From the human T2T-CHM13v2.0 reference genome, Homo sapiens, in the NCBI GenBank assembly GCA_009914755.4, contig CP086569.2, forward strand, positions 21,536,001 through 21,600,000: a DNA stretch of 64,000 nucleotides. The letters are read 5' to 3'. Shown here in pieces: positions 24,961-42,789 of the stretch. How positions within the stretch are numbered: the stretch's first letter is position 1; every line of letters starts with the position of its first letter. A program made the translations under genes and the position numbers. The notes below the pieces were generated by a model. The model ran no database searches. It was not told where the DNA came from and saw nothing but the letters and a program-made list of their open reading frames with translations.

Positions 24961-25700
24961 CTTCTAGATTATAACAGTTCCAAGTAAAGGCAATGCAGGC
25001 ACAAACCTGCCAAACAACCCTGCCTGCTGTCTGAGAGTTTCCTGAAAGTTTTCTGCTTCCAGGCCCCTTAAATTAGGTATCCAGTGAGTTTTGCTTCTCT
25101 GAGAGTAGACAGGGTCTACATCCATAAACGCAGCAGGAAGCAATTACAGAAGACAGACCCCTGCCCTTCTGTAGCCCCTTTAAGATTAAGGAGGAGTTTC
25201 TAATCTCTGGAGAGGGAATGAGGCAAGAGGCAGGACTAGAATCCAGAGGCTCAGGCACTGGACCAAGTTAAGGACTAGCTAAAACAGGGATGGGGCAGAA
25301 GCAGTCTTCCATAACATATGACCCCAGTGTGCAATATCAGTTTACCATTGCCATGGCAATGGGACTGGGACATATCACCTCTTTTCAGGGCAGTGACCAG
25401 ATGACCCAAAAGTTACTATCACTTCCTGGGAAATGTCTGTATAAACCACTTCTTCATGTACATGTAATAAAAAGTAGATATAAATATAACTGCAGAACTG
25501 CCACTGAGCTGCTACTCTCAGCATACTGCCTATGGGGTACCCCTGATCCATGAGGATCAATACTTCGGCTGCTACTGTGCACTGCCACTTAAATAAAAGT
25601 TGCTGTGTAAAACCACTGGTTTGCCCTCGAATTCTTCCCTGGGAAAAGCCAAGAACTCTCTTGGGTAAACCACAATTGTGGGGCTTACCTGCCCTTGAAT
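24960..25700 (+). mobile_element. Putative 3' LTR-like segment following the env fragment (aataaaag signal at ~25592). Family unassigned.
   Basis: Non-coding and of moderate GC content. It carries aataaaagttgctgtgtaaaaccactggtttgcc, a typical R-region poly(A) signal, and sits where a 3' LTR is expected. No second copy is available for comparison. Confidence 0.3.
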
Positions 25701-26826
25701 TAGTATTACTTTAGGTCTCTTTTCATTAGTGATTTATTTGGATATGCTTTTCCTCTTGTTTAGCCTACTTAGGGGTATATCAATTTTATTTATTTACTTG
25801 AGCCACCAACTTATTTTTTCATAACTTATTTCTATTTTCTTTGCTTTTACTATGTTCTTTTTACTTGTGTTAATTTTGTTTGCTTTGTTTTGGCTTTCTT
25901 AGTTTCTTAAGGTGCATGGTTAGGTGATTTATTTGAAACCTTTCCATATTTTTGATGTAGGTAATAATTGCTGTAATCTTCCTTCTTACCACTGTTGTTA
26001 TATTACCATGTTTTGCATAGTTTCCACAGTTTCTTTTCATGTTAATTTCTAGTTTTACTTCACTGTGGTCAGAGAAGATACTTCATGTAGTTTGAATTGA
26101 AAAATTTTTGTGCAGACTTGTTTTGTGGCCTAACATGTGGTCTATACTTTGTAAAGTGCCAGGTACTAAAGGGAGGAGAGTATATTTTGCAGTTGTTGGG
26201 CCTAATGTTCTACAATTATTTCTTAAGTTTATTTGGTTTAGAGTTCAACTTACATCCATTTATTTCATTAACTTTTGTCCAATGATTTGTCTAATGCTGA
26301 CAGTCGGGTTTTGCATTTTTAAACTGTTTTTGACTTAAAGTTTGTTTTCAGTGACATAAATGTAGCTACCTCTGCTTGCTTGTTGTTTTAATTTTTACAT
26401 CCCTCCGTCTTCAACTGGGTGTTTTTGTATGTGAAAAGAGATTTTTACAGGTTTCAGAAAATTGCATCATGTTTTATTTCCATTCAGGTAGTATATATAT
26501 TTTTAAGTGAAATATTTAATTCACTTATGTCTAAGGTTATTATTGATCTATGAGTTTTGTTAGCACTATGTTGTAAATTGTTTTCTAATTGTTTTGTTCT
26601 CCAGTTTTTCTCTTACTGATTTTCATTCTGGTTTGGTATTTTAGTGTAATGGGATGTGTTGAGTTCTTTATTTTTTTCATTTGTGTGTTTTACTTACCTA
26701 TGAGTTTTAAACTTTTTGGTGTTATCATGATAATAAATATTATAAATATTTTTCTTTCTCTTCCACATGTAACACTCTGTTTTGCATTTCTTATAGGGAC
26801 AGTCTAAAGAAGATAAACTCTTACAT
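25700..26826 (-). mobile_element. Ancient L1 fragment, minus orientation, covering the antisense of the ORF2 N-terminal (endonuclease) region.
   Basis: The reverse complement of 26000-26110 translates to …GTLQSIDHMLGHKTSLHKNFSIQTT*SIFSDH (compare L1 ORF2 AHGTFS.IDHMLGHKASLNKFKKIEIISSIFSDHN). The reverse complement of 26290-26330 gives CKTRLSALDKSL (compare NTPLSALDRSSRQK). The top strand is T-rich. Confidence 0.6.
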
Positions 26827-26828
26827 CC

Positions 26829-27146
26829 TTTTTTTTTTTTTTTTTTTTGAGACAGGGTCTTGCTGTATCATGCAGGATGAAGTGTAGTGGCATGATCTCA
26901 GCTCACTGCAACCACTGTCTCCCAGATTCAAGCAATTCTCCTGCCTCAGCCTCACAAGTCCTGGAACTACAGGAAGGTGCCACCGTGCTTGGCTAATTTT
27001 TGTATTTTTGGCTACTTTTTGTATTTTTAGTAGAGTCAGAATTTCACCAGGTCAGCCAGGCTGGTCTCAAACTCCTGATGTCAAGCGATCTGCTTGCCTC
27101 CTCCTCCTAATATGCTGCTATTACAGGCATGAGCCACTCTACCCAA
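26829..27146 (-). mobile_element. Full-length Alu, minus strand, inserted in the old L1.
   Basis: (t)20gagacagggtcttgctgtatcatgcaggatgaagtgtagtggcatgatctcagctcactgcaaccactgtctcc…ttacaggcatgagccactctacccaa. Confidence 0.85.
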
Positions 27147-28708
27147 CTGTACATTGCTTATTTGCTTGACAAAAGCTGTTCATACTTTATTTATAAATAT
27201 TTGTTTTGCTGGATATCATATCCTTGGGTGGTAATTTTTTATTTTATTTTATTTTTTATTCCAAGCACTTTGAATATATCATTTTATATTCTCCAGCTTG
27301 TAAGGTTTCTGCTAAGCATTCCACTTTTGGCCTAATGAGATTTCCTTTATAGGTGACTAAATGAGTGTACTTATCTTACTGTCTTTTGCTTTGACTTTAG
27401 ACAGTTGTGCTATAGAATTTAATCTTTCTGAATAATATCTCTTTGGGGATCTTCAGGCCACTTGTATTTGGGTGCCTAGATTTTTTGCCTGACTTCAAAA
27501 ATTTACATAGAATTTTTTTAAATAGGTTTTTAAATCATTTTATTTTCTCTTTGCCCTTTGTTACACAAATAATGCCGATATTTATTTTCTCTAGGTTTTC
27601 TCAAATGTCATAAATTCTTTCCTCAATCTCTTTTAGCTTCAAGTCTTCCAAAAGACTTTAAGTTTTGAGATTCATCTGCTTGATATACTCTATTGTTGAA
27701 AATTTTGGACATTATTTTTAATTCAATGAGTTCTTTACTTTCAGTATTTGTTTCTTTGTTTTATGTTAAAAAACTCTCTAGTAAATTTCATACATATATT
27801 CTCAATTGGTTTTCTGATTTCTATGTCTTATTTTTCACAACATGTATCTCAAAAGCTTCTATAAAATCAGCCATTTGAATTACTTATCTGGAAGATAATT
27901 ATTACTATTAGTTATTGTTATAGATTTGGTGTGTACAAGTGTACTTTTCTTACATGGATATATTGCATAGTGCTGAAGTCTGGGCTTTCAGTGTACTCAC
28001 CATCTGAATAGTGAATATTGAACACAATAGGTAGTATTTCATCATTCATCCCCTTCCCAAATTCTTATCTTTTGGAGCCTTCAACATTTATTATTCCACT
28101 CTGTGTGTCCATGTGTACTCATTTATTAGCTTCCACTTAAAATAAAAAATGTGTAGCATGTGGCTTTTGTCTCCTCCTCATTTCATTAGAACAATGGCAT
28201 TCCTTCCATCTATATTGCTGCAAAACACATAGTTTCATTCTTTTATTATGACTGGGTACTCTTCCCTGATGTGGGTATGTTTGTAACATATTAAAATCCA
28301 ATTATTTATTAAGAGATGTCAGGCTGATTTTATAACTTTACTATTCTGAATGGTGCAGTTGTCTTTGTGACATAATGATTTCTTTACTTTTGGGTAGATA
28401 TTCAGGAGTGAGATTGATGAATTGAAGGATTGCTTTATTTGCAGATTTTTCAGGAGTTCTCTGTTTTATTTTCCACAGAGAATGCACTAAACTCCAACAA
28501 CTGCTGTATATGCATTTTCTTTCTTTCATATGCTTGCCAATATTTATTGATTTTTGACTAATAATAATGAATGTTCAAACTGGTGTAACATAGTATTTCA
28601 TCATGATTTTAATTTGGATATCTCTGACAGTTAATGATGCTGAGCATTTTATTTATTGGTCACTTGTATATCTTCTTTTGAAAAAGAATGTTTGTTTTCC
28701 TTGACTAC
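27147..28708 (-). mobile_element. Ancient L1 fragment, minus orientation, covering the antisense of the ORF2 C-terminal part. Probably not co-linear with the 25700-26826 piece (rearranged, or a second copy).
   Basis: The reverse complement of ~28610-28700 translates to SRKTNILFQKKIYK*PINKMLSIINCQRY (compare L1 ORF2 [29 protein letters not shown]). The same block ends ~9 bp before the poly-T (28709) of the inserted young L1. Confidence 0.5.
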
Positions 28709-35277
<6,569 letters not shown>

Positions 35278-38200
35278 ACTACTTTTTAATGGGATTAAAA
35301 AAATTTTTTTTCTCAGTGGTTTAAATGGAAAGACCTCTTTTCCAGCTCTAAACTTTTTCTTCTGCCTGGTCTAGCATATTGTTAAAGTTGTCAACTCTAT
35401 TTGTAATTTCTTCAATACATTTTTATTTCCAGAAGTTTTGGGTTTTTTATTAATAATATGTATTATTTTTCGGATTTCTTTGTGTTAGTTTTTAACTTTA
35501 TCTTGTATTTCATTAAGCTTCCTTACAATCTATATTTTCAATTTTCTATCTGTCATTTTGGGACTTTAAATTTTGATTAGAGTACACATTGTTAGAGAGT
35601 AGGTATGATCTTTTGGTTGTGTCATAACACACTGATTTTTCCTACCATCAGGATTCATATTATGGTTTCTTTTCATCTAGGCAAGCTGTAATTTTTTTAT
35701 ATATTTCTATTTACTTTTGTTTGGATAAGATGTCATTTTCTCACTTTAGAGCATGATTGTCACGTATGTTGTGTATGGTCATTTGGTTTCTATCCTATGT
35801 GCTGTTTCAGCAAAGGCTACTGGATGAATTTTTTGCTTATAGGTAGCTTTCATGAAGTGGCTTCCATAAATGTTGGTTGTAATAATGATGCACGCAGCGT
35901 ATAAGCAGGGTCACTGCCTTCTGTAAAACTGGGGTTGTGAAGGTCTTAGAAAGCTGATTTTATTCCTTACCATTGTGTTTTTTTGTCAGCACGTTTTATA
36001 TTGAATTGTAGAGTTTAACCTCCATGCTGGTAGGTGGTGCTTATAGGGAAGAGCCATTGTGGCAGAAGCAGATGGGATCTGCTTGATCTTTGTTTACTGG
36101 GAGGTGTTTTCTCTTGTTCCTGGTGATGCACTTGTTTGTGGAATATATGGTGTTATGAATTTCCTGTTCAAGGCATGCAGGGGTGGGGAGAAAGTCAGCT
36201 GGACCTGGATTTCTATACTTGTCTTTTAATGTCCCAATGTCAAGTAAAGGCACCAGCTATAATCGGGGGGACAGGCAAACTCCTGATGAGTGGAGGACAC
36301 CACCAGCAGGGGGACTGCATCGGCTCCACGTTCTCAGAAAGCAGAAATGTGGTTGATTCTCTGTATCTCCCCTGTCCCAGGGCTCCTGACTGTCAGTTCA
36401 AGCAGAAACTGACATCTACTTCCAGGGCACAATGTAGCATACCATGAAAAATACCTGCCCTGTTGTTCTCTGCAGAAATGGCTCCAAGGTAAAATGTCTT
36501 TCCTTAGCCCAATACAGACAGAGATGTTGTTCTATTTTTCAATGCAGATATGCTGTTGCTTCATGCAGAGAGGGAGAAGACCGCCATTTTTTGGTATGTG
36601 TGAATGTGTGTCAGCTATGTGATATGAGCTTGTTGGGTTTGCCTGATGTCAGACGCTAGTAGAGGCAATCAGGTGCCAGTCGTGGTGGACTAGGTTAGGC
36701 AATCTTCCAGTTTCTACCCTAGATGACCCTCTGGATGGTATGCAGAAGTCCTAGAGGGACATAATTGGGACTGAGTTTTCCTAAGATACCCAGGGTTTAG
36801 GTGATGTCTGTAATGGGAATGGATAGACTAATTCTCAGGACACTGACAGAAAGCTCAGGCATGGTCAGGGTGCCTGTGCTGTGGACATGGCACCAGAGAA
36901 TGCAGGCCCCACCCAAGGGAGGCAAACATCTCTGAGCCATGTAACCTGCTCACACCTCCATCCAACAACAACAGCAGTATCTGACCCTGGCACACACAAA
37001 GGCATCCAGTCTCTTTGCTCTCTGCTCAGACTGGTGGTGGGAGCAGTGTTACAGCTGGCAGCCCTAGGGCACACTGGAAGCATTTGGGGCCCAGGATCTC
37101 AGAATGGCCCAAGGATGCAGTTAAAATGCTTGGTGGGTTGGGGGGTGGGGGTGGTACTAAACAGCTGTTCTGAAAGTCTGCTACCAGTGAAGGTGGTCCC
37201 CTCTTAGTGAGACCTATGAGATGTGCACCCTGTTTATGGAAATCTGCCATCAAAGAAGGCAGGTCTCTCTCAGTGGGAGCAGTGGAGGGAGACAGCTATG
37301 AGACTCACAGTTTTCTCATGCCCTTATCTCACAACCGTAGCAACAAAATGAATTGCTGATGAATATGAAGCTACCCGGGCTCTCAACTTTCTCTTCAGCC
37401 TGGCAACAATGGCAAGGGCAGCAGTGAAAGCCCCTGGAAGGCCACAGGACTCCAGGGTCTGAACTCTTAGGATTGCAGCAGTTTGCTGCTGAAAAAGTTA
37501 AGTAGGGGAAAGGATTCTGTGTTGCAGGCCCATCAACAGAGAAGGCTGGCCTCCTTGGTGGAAATAGTGGAGGCAGGCATAATTGGTGTCCAGTTCACGA
37601 ATTCCTCCATCCTCCAGCATCAGGGTTGGTATCTGTCCTTCAGGCTTGCAAAGGAGCTCAGTCTCCCTACTCCCTCCCTGGTTCAGTGGTGGCAGCCACA
37701 GTGACTTTGCTGGTGGCAGTGGCCTCAGGGAAGAATGCAGGTCTCTTGGGGTCCATGCCATAAGAATGGCACCTGACAGTGGCTGCTTAGGCTTTGAAAG
37801 CCTGCCAGGAGTATGCAATAGAGGGGAGACTTAAGAGGCTCTCCCTTAGCTGGGATTGTAAAACTCCAGTAAAACACTGATGTCTCAGGAGTTCATCTCT
37901 TACACCTTCCCTGTGTCAGACAGTCTCTCCCAGCTCTTTGCCAATCCTAGCCCAGCAAGCTGCCTGGCTTAACTCTTATTTGCCTTCCATAATTCTCATT
38001 GCTTATCTAATTAAATCCAGTGATTTTCTTAAACTATCTGTTTGAAGTGTGAATATTTGCTTGCTGTTTTGATCTTCTCCATGGAAGAGGTGCCATTAGC
38101 TGCATCTAGTCAGACATCTTGAACTGGAACAATTAATTATTTGTTTTTACTGGGATCTGTTGCTTGAGAGCTATTGTGTTTCTTTGTGTCATATTTTCTT

Positions 38201-41200
38201 TTTGAAGGAATATTTTCTTTGTTCTTATGTTGAGATCTGTGCATCTGATGAAACAATCATTTCTTCTAATATTTTAAATTTGCTTTTGTAGGGGAGGATG
38301 CTTTTCTGAAGGTGTACACATGTTGTTGGTTTGGTAAGGCACTTTGGCTTTAATTTGGGTTTATGCAGTAGTGTAATCTCTATAAATTTTTGGCTGTAAA
38401 CAACAGTATCTATGATTTCCTTGGTGACTTAGCATATATTTATTAGTGAAGGCAACAATGACGTTTTGTTGGGGACTGTGATGCCAGGTTGGGCAGTCTT
38501 GGTGCTTCAGTGGTAATAGTAAGCTAGTCATGCCTGTCCTTGGATCTTAGAGTGACGTATGCTGGCACTAATGTTAGTGGGTCTAGGTGGGCTGATTCTT
38601 CAGCCTCCAAGTGGATTCCTTGGATGACACAGTGGCTGTGGTAGGCCAGGCATGTAGGTAAGTTTCTATGCTCCTGGGCAAATATTATGTAAGTGATGGC
38701 AGTAGTGGTGGTAAAAGAATCCACTAAAACCCAAGAAGTCTGTGCTTATCTGGGCAGTCATTACAGCAGGCTGTGTGAATTAGTCTGTTGATAGCAGATG
38801 CAGGTAGGTACCAGCTGTAGTGATATTATCAGGTTGGGATGGCCTGATCTCATGCCGCAAGAGAACTGTTCATGTGCCAACAATGGTAGACTGAGTTGGG
38901 TAACTTTCAGGCCCAGGGATAATGTGCTCAAGAACCGGGTGGAAAATACCAGGCTGGGGAACTTGCCCTCTGGCACTCTGCTGGTGTTTTTATTTGTTAA
39001 CTGTGACAGTCAGTGATGGAGTGGTCCCCAGGATGTTGGCAGAATGCTCAGGTGGAGGCAGCAGTGGTCTCACTGAATCAGCTCCAAAGCAGCCCATAAC
39101 AACAGTAATGGGATTTCTTCACAAGGCATATGAAAGTGGCAGCCTTCACCTCTCTTTACCTGGACTGCTGGTGGCAGTGGCAGCATTAGCCATGGCCCCA
39201 GAGCAGAATGCAGCCCTTTGGAGTCTGTACACTCAAATTGCAGTTGGATTTTAAAATACCTTTTTCATCTCCCCCAGTCCCAATGCCAGAGAAGTAGCCT
39301 TAACTAGTAATACAGTGAACAGTGAGTTTTACCTCAATCAGGAGAAAAGTCAGCAGATTTAAAGTAGACAGAGAAAACATTTAGAGATAGGCAGAGAATT
39401 TAGAAGATTACATGTTAAATTTATAGTTGCGGAGGTTTGGTTTGCTTGTTTAAATAATGACTATTTGAGCTCTGAATTTTTCTTGATGCAATTTGGCCAT
39501 CAGTTTAAAAATATGTGCTAAAACATGCTGTAATATATAGCTACTTGTAGTCCAAGAAAACCTGTCATGACTTCATGCTTAAGAGTCTTGTTTATTATTT
39601 TAAAGTAAAACCCCATGAGAAAGCCCTTCCAATCTAGGGAGATACTTGCAAGTAAGTAAGGGTACTAACTGGAGGTTGGTTGTCCAGTGCCCTTATTGTT
39701 TCAGTTTTGGATGGTTTATTTCCTACTGTAAGATATTAGCAAAGCAGAAATGCTAATAACAAATAGCGGGCCATATGTGCTACATTGAGCAGCTATTGCT
39801 AATGGCTGTTATTCGCCTTATGTTTTTTTTTCTCTCCCTTTGACTAAGGTAAGTGTGGAGGCTCAGAGGAGGTGGGGTGAACAACTCATATTTGTGCCCC
39901 GGGACAAGTTAATTACTAATTATTTGTCACAAGGAGTCCCTTATAGGACCACTGCATATCACAAAGATTATGTCTCTGACATTTTCACGAGACCTCTGGT
40001 CACCTGGAGATGGCAAATCAAAATCTGACTGGAATAAGAAAATGCCTTTTGTTTTTGTATTTTTTCCTAGGCTTAAACCTAGGAAATTTTTAATAAGTCA
40101 TGTGTTGCTGAATCTTATTATAAATTATATTACAAGAAAAAGCAGCAGTACAACCTGGCCAACCAGATTACCTTACATAACTGTTCCTTTCTAGCATCTT
40201 TCAGTTAGGAGAATTTAATTTCTTGAGATACAAAAATATTCTGGAAAAACTTTATCTTTTATAAAAGAGTATAAACCACTGGTAAATAAAACTCATGACC
40301 ATCAATCAAGTGGGAGGTCTGAGATTTTCTCAGGAAGGTTTCATTCAGTCATCTGCAGATATGAAGGAAAAATTGGGGTTCAAAGGGCTGATGTTGGTAT
40401 CAAAGAACTCAGTTCCTGTAATGTTCCAGATGATCTTGGGATGTGTACTCTGAGGTCCCTGCATGATTGTTAAAATTGTTAGCTATAAAAAAGGGGGGTC
40501 TTATATAGAATTAAAGTTAGCTTTTTTTCAGAGTCTTACTGAGCATTGCAATTCAAGAGAGTATTTGCTCCAGGTAAGATTCAGCTCATATCCACCTGTG
40601 GTGGCTACAGGGTAAGACTCCTTCTCTTTGAGAAAAGTGAAGGGTAAAGTAAAGGACTTTGTCTAGCACCTTAGGTATCAGCCCAGCCACAGTGGAGTTA
40701 TGGGGTCTATGATTTCAGGCCTTGGCTCTAGGATGGCATTTCTGGACCTTCTAGGTCCAGAAGAGAGCCCACTGCCATGAAAGGTAAGTCACAGGTTTGG
40801 CAGCATTCTCTACTAGTTGACTTAAGACACCTTGGGCCTTAAGGGAACATCAGTGGCAGTCTGACAGTGTTCCATGTGGACCTGTGTTGGTGGTAGCCAT
40901 GGAGTGAGGTTCCTCTGTCTTTGGAAAGTGGACAGAAGAGAGAGAAGGACTGCAGTTTGTGGTTCAGCTCAGCTGCAGTACAATAAAACACCAGGTAGCC
41001 TTTAATATTTTAACATTAGTCCCTGGCTGCTGCGTGGCACCTTTGGAACTGCCTAGGTCATGAATAATTTACCACTCTGAAGGGAAGGACCCAGTACTGG
41101 CTGGCTTCATGACCTACTGATTGTAGAGCCCCAGGGCCTTGAGCCACCCTAGGTGGTAGGTAAGAGTGGTTAGAGCAGGCCATGTGTAAGATCCAGTGCC

Positions 41201-41260
41201 GTGTTGGCGTCTGGTCTGACCCAGCACAATTCTGCTGCTGGTGCCCACAGCAGTCCTTCT

Positions 41261-41450
41261 GTTATTACACTCCTGGCTCCAAGTGGCTTATGAGAGGAAA
41301 AGACACACATACACACACACACACATTCCATTTGGTAAGAAGCAGTGTTTGTGTTATTACTCTCCTGGCTCCAGGTGGCTTATGAGAGGGAAGGACACAC
41401 AGACACACACACACACACACACACACCATTTGTTTGGTAAAAAGCAAGAG
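41261..41450. repeat. Tandem duplication of a ~95-bp unit (two copies), each containing a (CA)n microsatellite (41303-41326 and 41401-41427).
   Basis: Unit 1 is ctgttattacactcctggctccaagtggcttatgagaggaaaagacacacatacacacacacacacattccatttggtaagaagcag. Unit 2 is tgtttgtgttattactctcctggctccaggtggcttatgagagggaaggacacacagacacacacacacacacacacacaccatttgtttggtaaaaagcaag. Confidence 0.85.
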
Positions 41451-41690
41451 AGGAGAACAAGAGTCTCTGCCTGGAAATCCAGAGAATTCTTCTGTGTCCT
41501 GTCTGAGACAATCAGGTGTTACCTCCATAAGTCTGAAAGAACCATAAGACCACAGGACTTGGGGTGACCCCTAAAGCCAATATATGTTAGAACACAATAC
41601 TCAAGTGTTTTTAAATATCTGGAAGCCTTCCCAAGAAAGAGAGGTACAAATAAGCCCAGACTATGAAGACCATAAGAAATATCTAATTCT

Positions 41691-42000
<310 letters not shown>

Positions 42001-42489
42001 AAATACCTAATTCTTCGATACCCAGATACAGACAAACATACACAAGTACCAAGATGATCCAGGAAACAAGACCTCTCAAAATCAACTAAATAAAGCAACA
42101 GAAACCAATCCTGGAGAAACAGATATGTGACCTTTCAGATAATTTAAAATAGCTTTTCTGAGGAAACAAAATATTCAAGATAACATAGGAAAATTCAGAA
42201 TTCTATCAGATAAATTTAACAAAGAGATTGCAATAACTAAAAATAACCAAACAGAAAATCTGGAGCTGAGAAAATGAGTCTTTAACAGCAGAATTGTTGA
42301 AATAGAAAAAAGCATTAGTGAACTTGAAGACAAGCTATTTTAAAATACACAGTCACAAGAGTCAGAAAAAAAAGAAAGAACAATGAAGAATGACAACGTG
42401 ACTTAGAAAATACATCAGAAGGGCAAATATAAAGGTTATTGGCCTTAAAAAGGAGGTACAGAAAGAAATAGGGATAGAAACTTAATTCA

Positions 42490-42789
<300 letters not shown>

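Noticed and set aside
35278-36100. T-rich sequence after the minus-strand L1 5' end, which I initially took as continuation of old-L1 ORF2 antisense.
   Set aside because: The composition is L1-antisense-like, but I could not match specific ORF2 peptide blocks with confidence. I left it as a low-confidence note inside the nested-L1 finding rather than a feature.
36865-37253. ORFs with proline-rich or GC-rich composition (for example PPPPPNPPS on the minus strand) that might suggest a CpG-island or exonic region.
   Set aside because: There is no CpG enrichment (CpG is sparse) and no splice-site-bounded structure. The frame is not conserved across the neighbouring repeated motifs. I read it as chance ORFs in a GC-richer repeat-derived block.
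41182-41567. Overlapping ORFs on both strands with HTHTHT and VCVCVC runs.
   Set aside because: They are products of translating the duplicated (CA)n microsatellite and are not coding.
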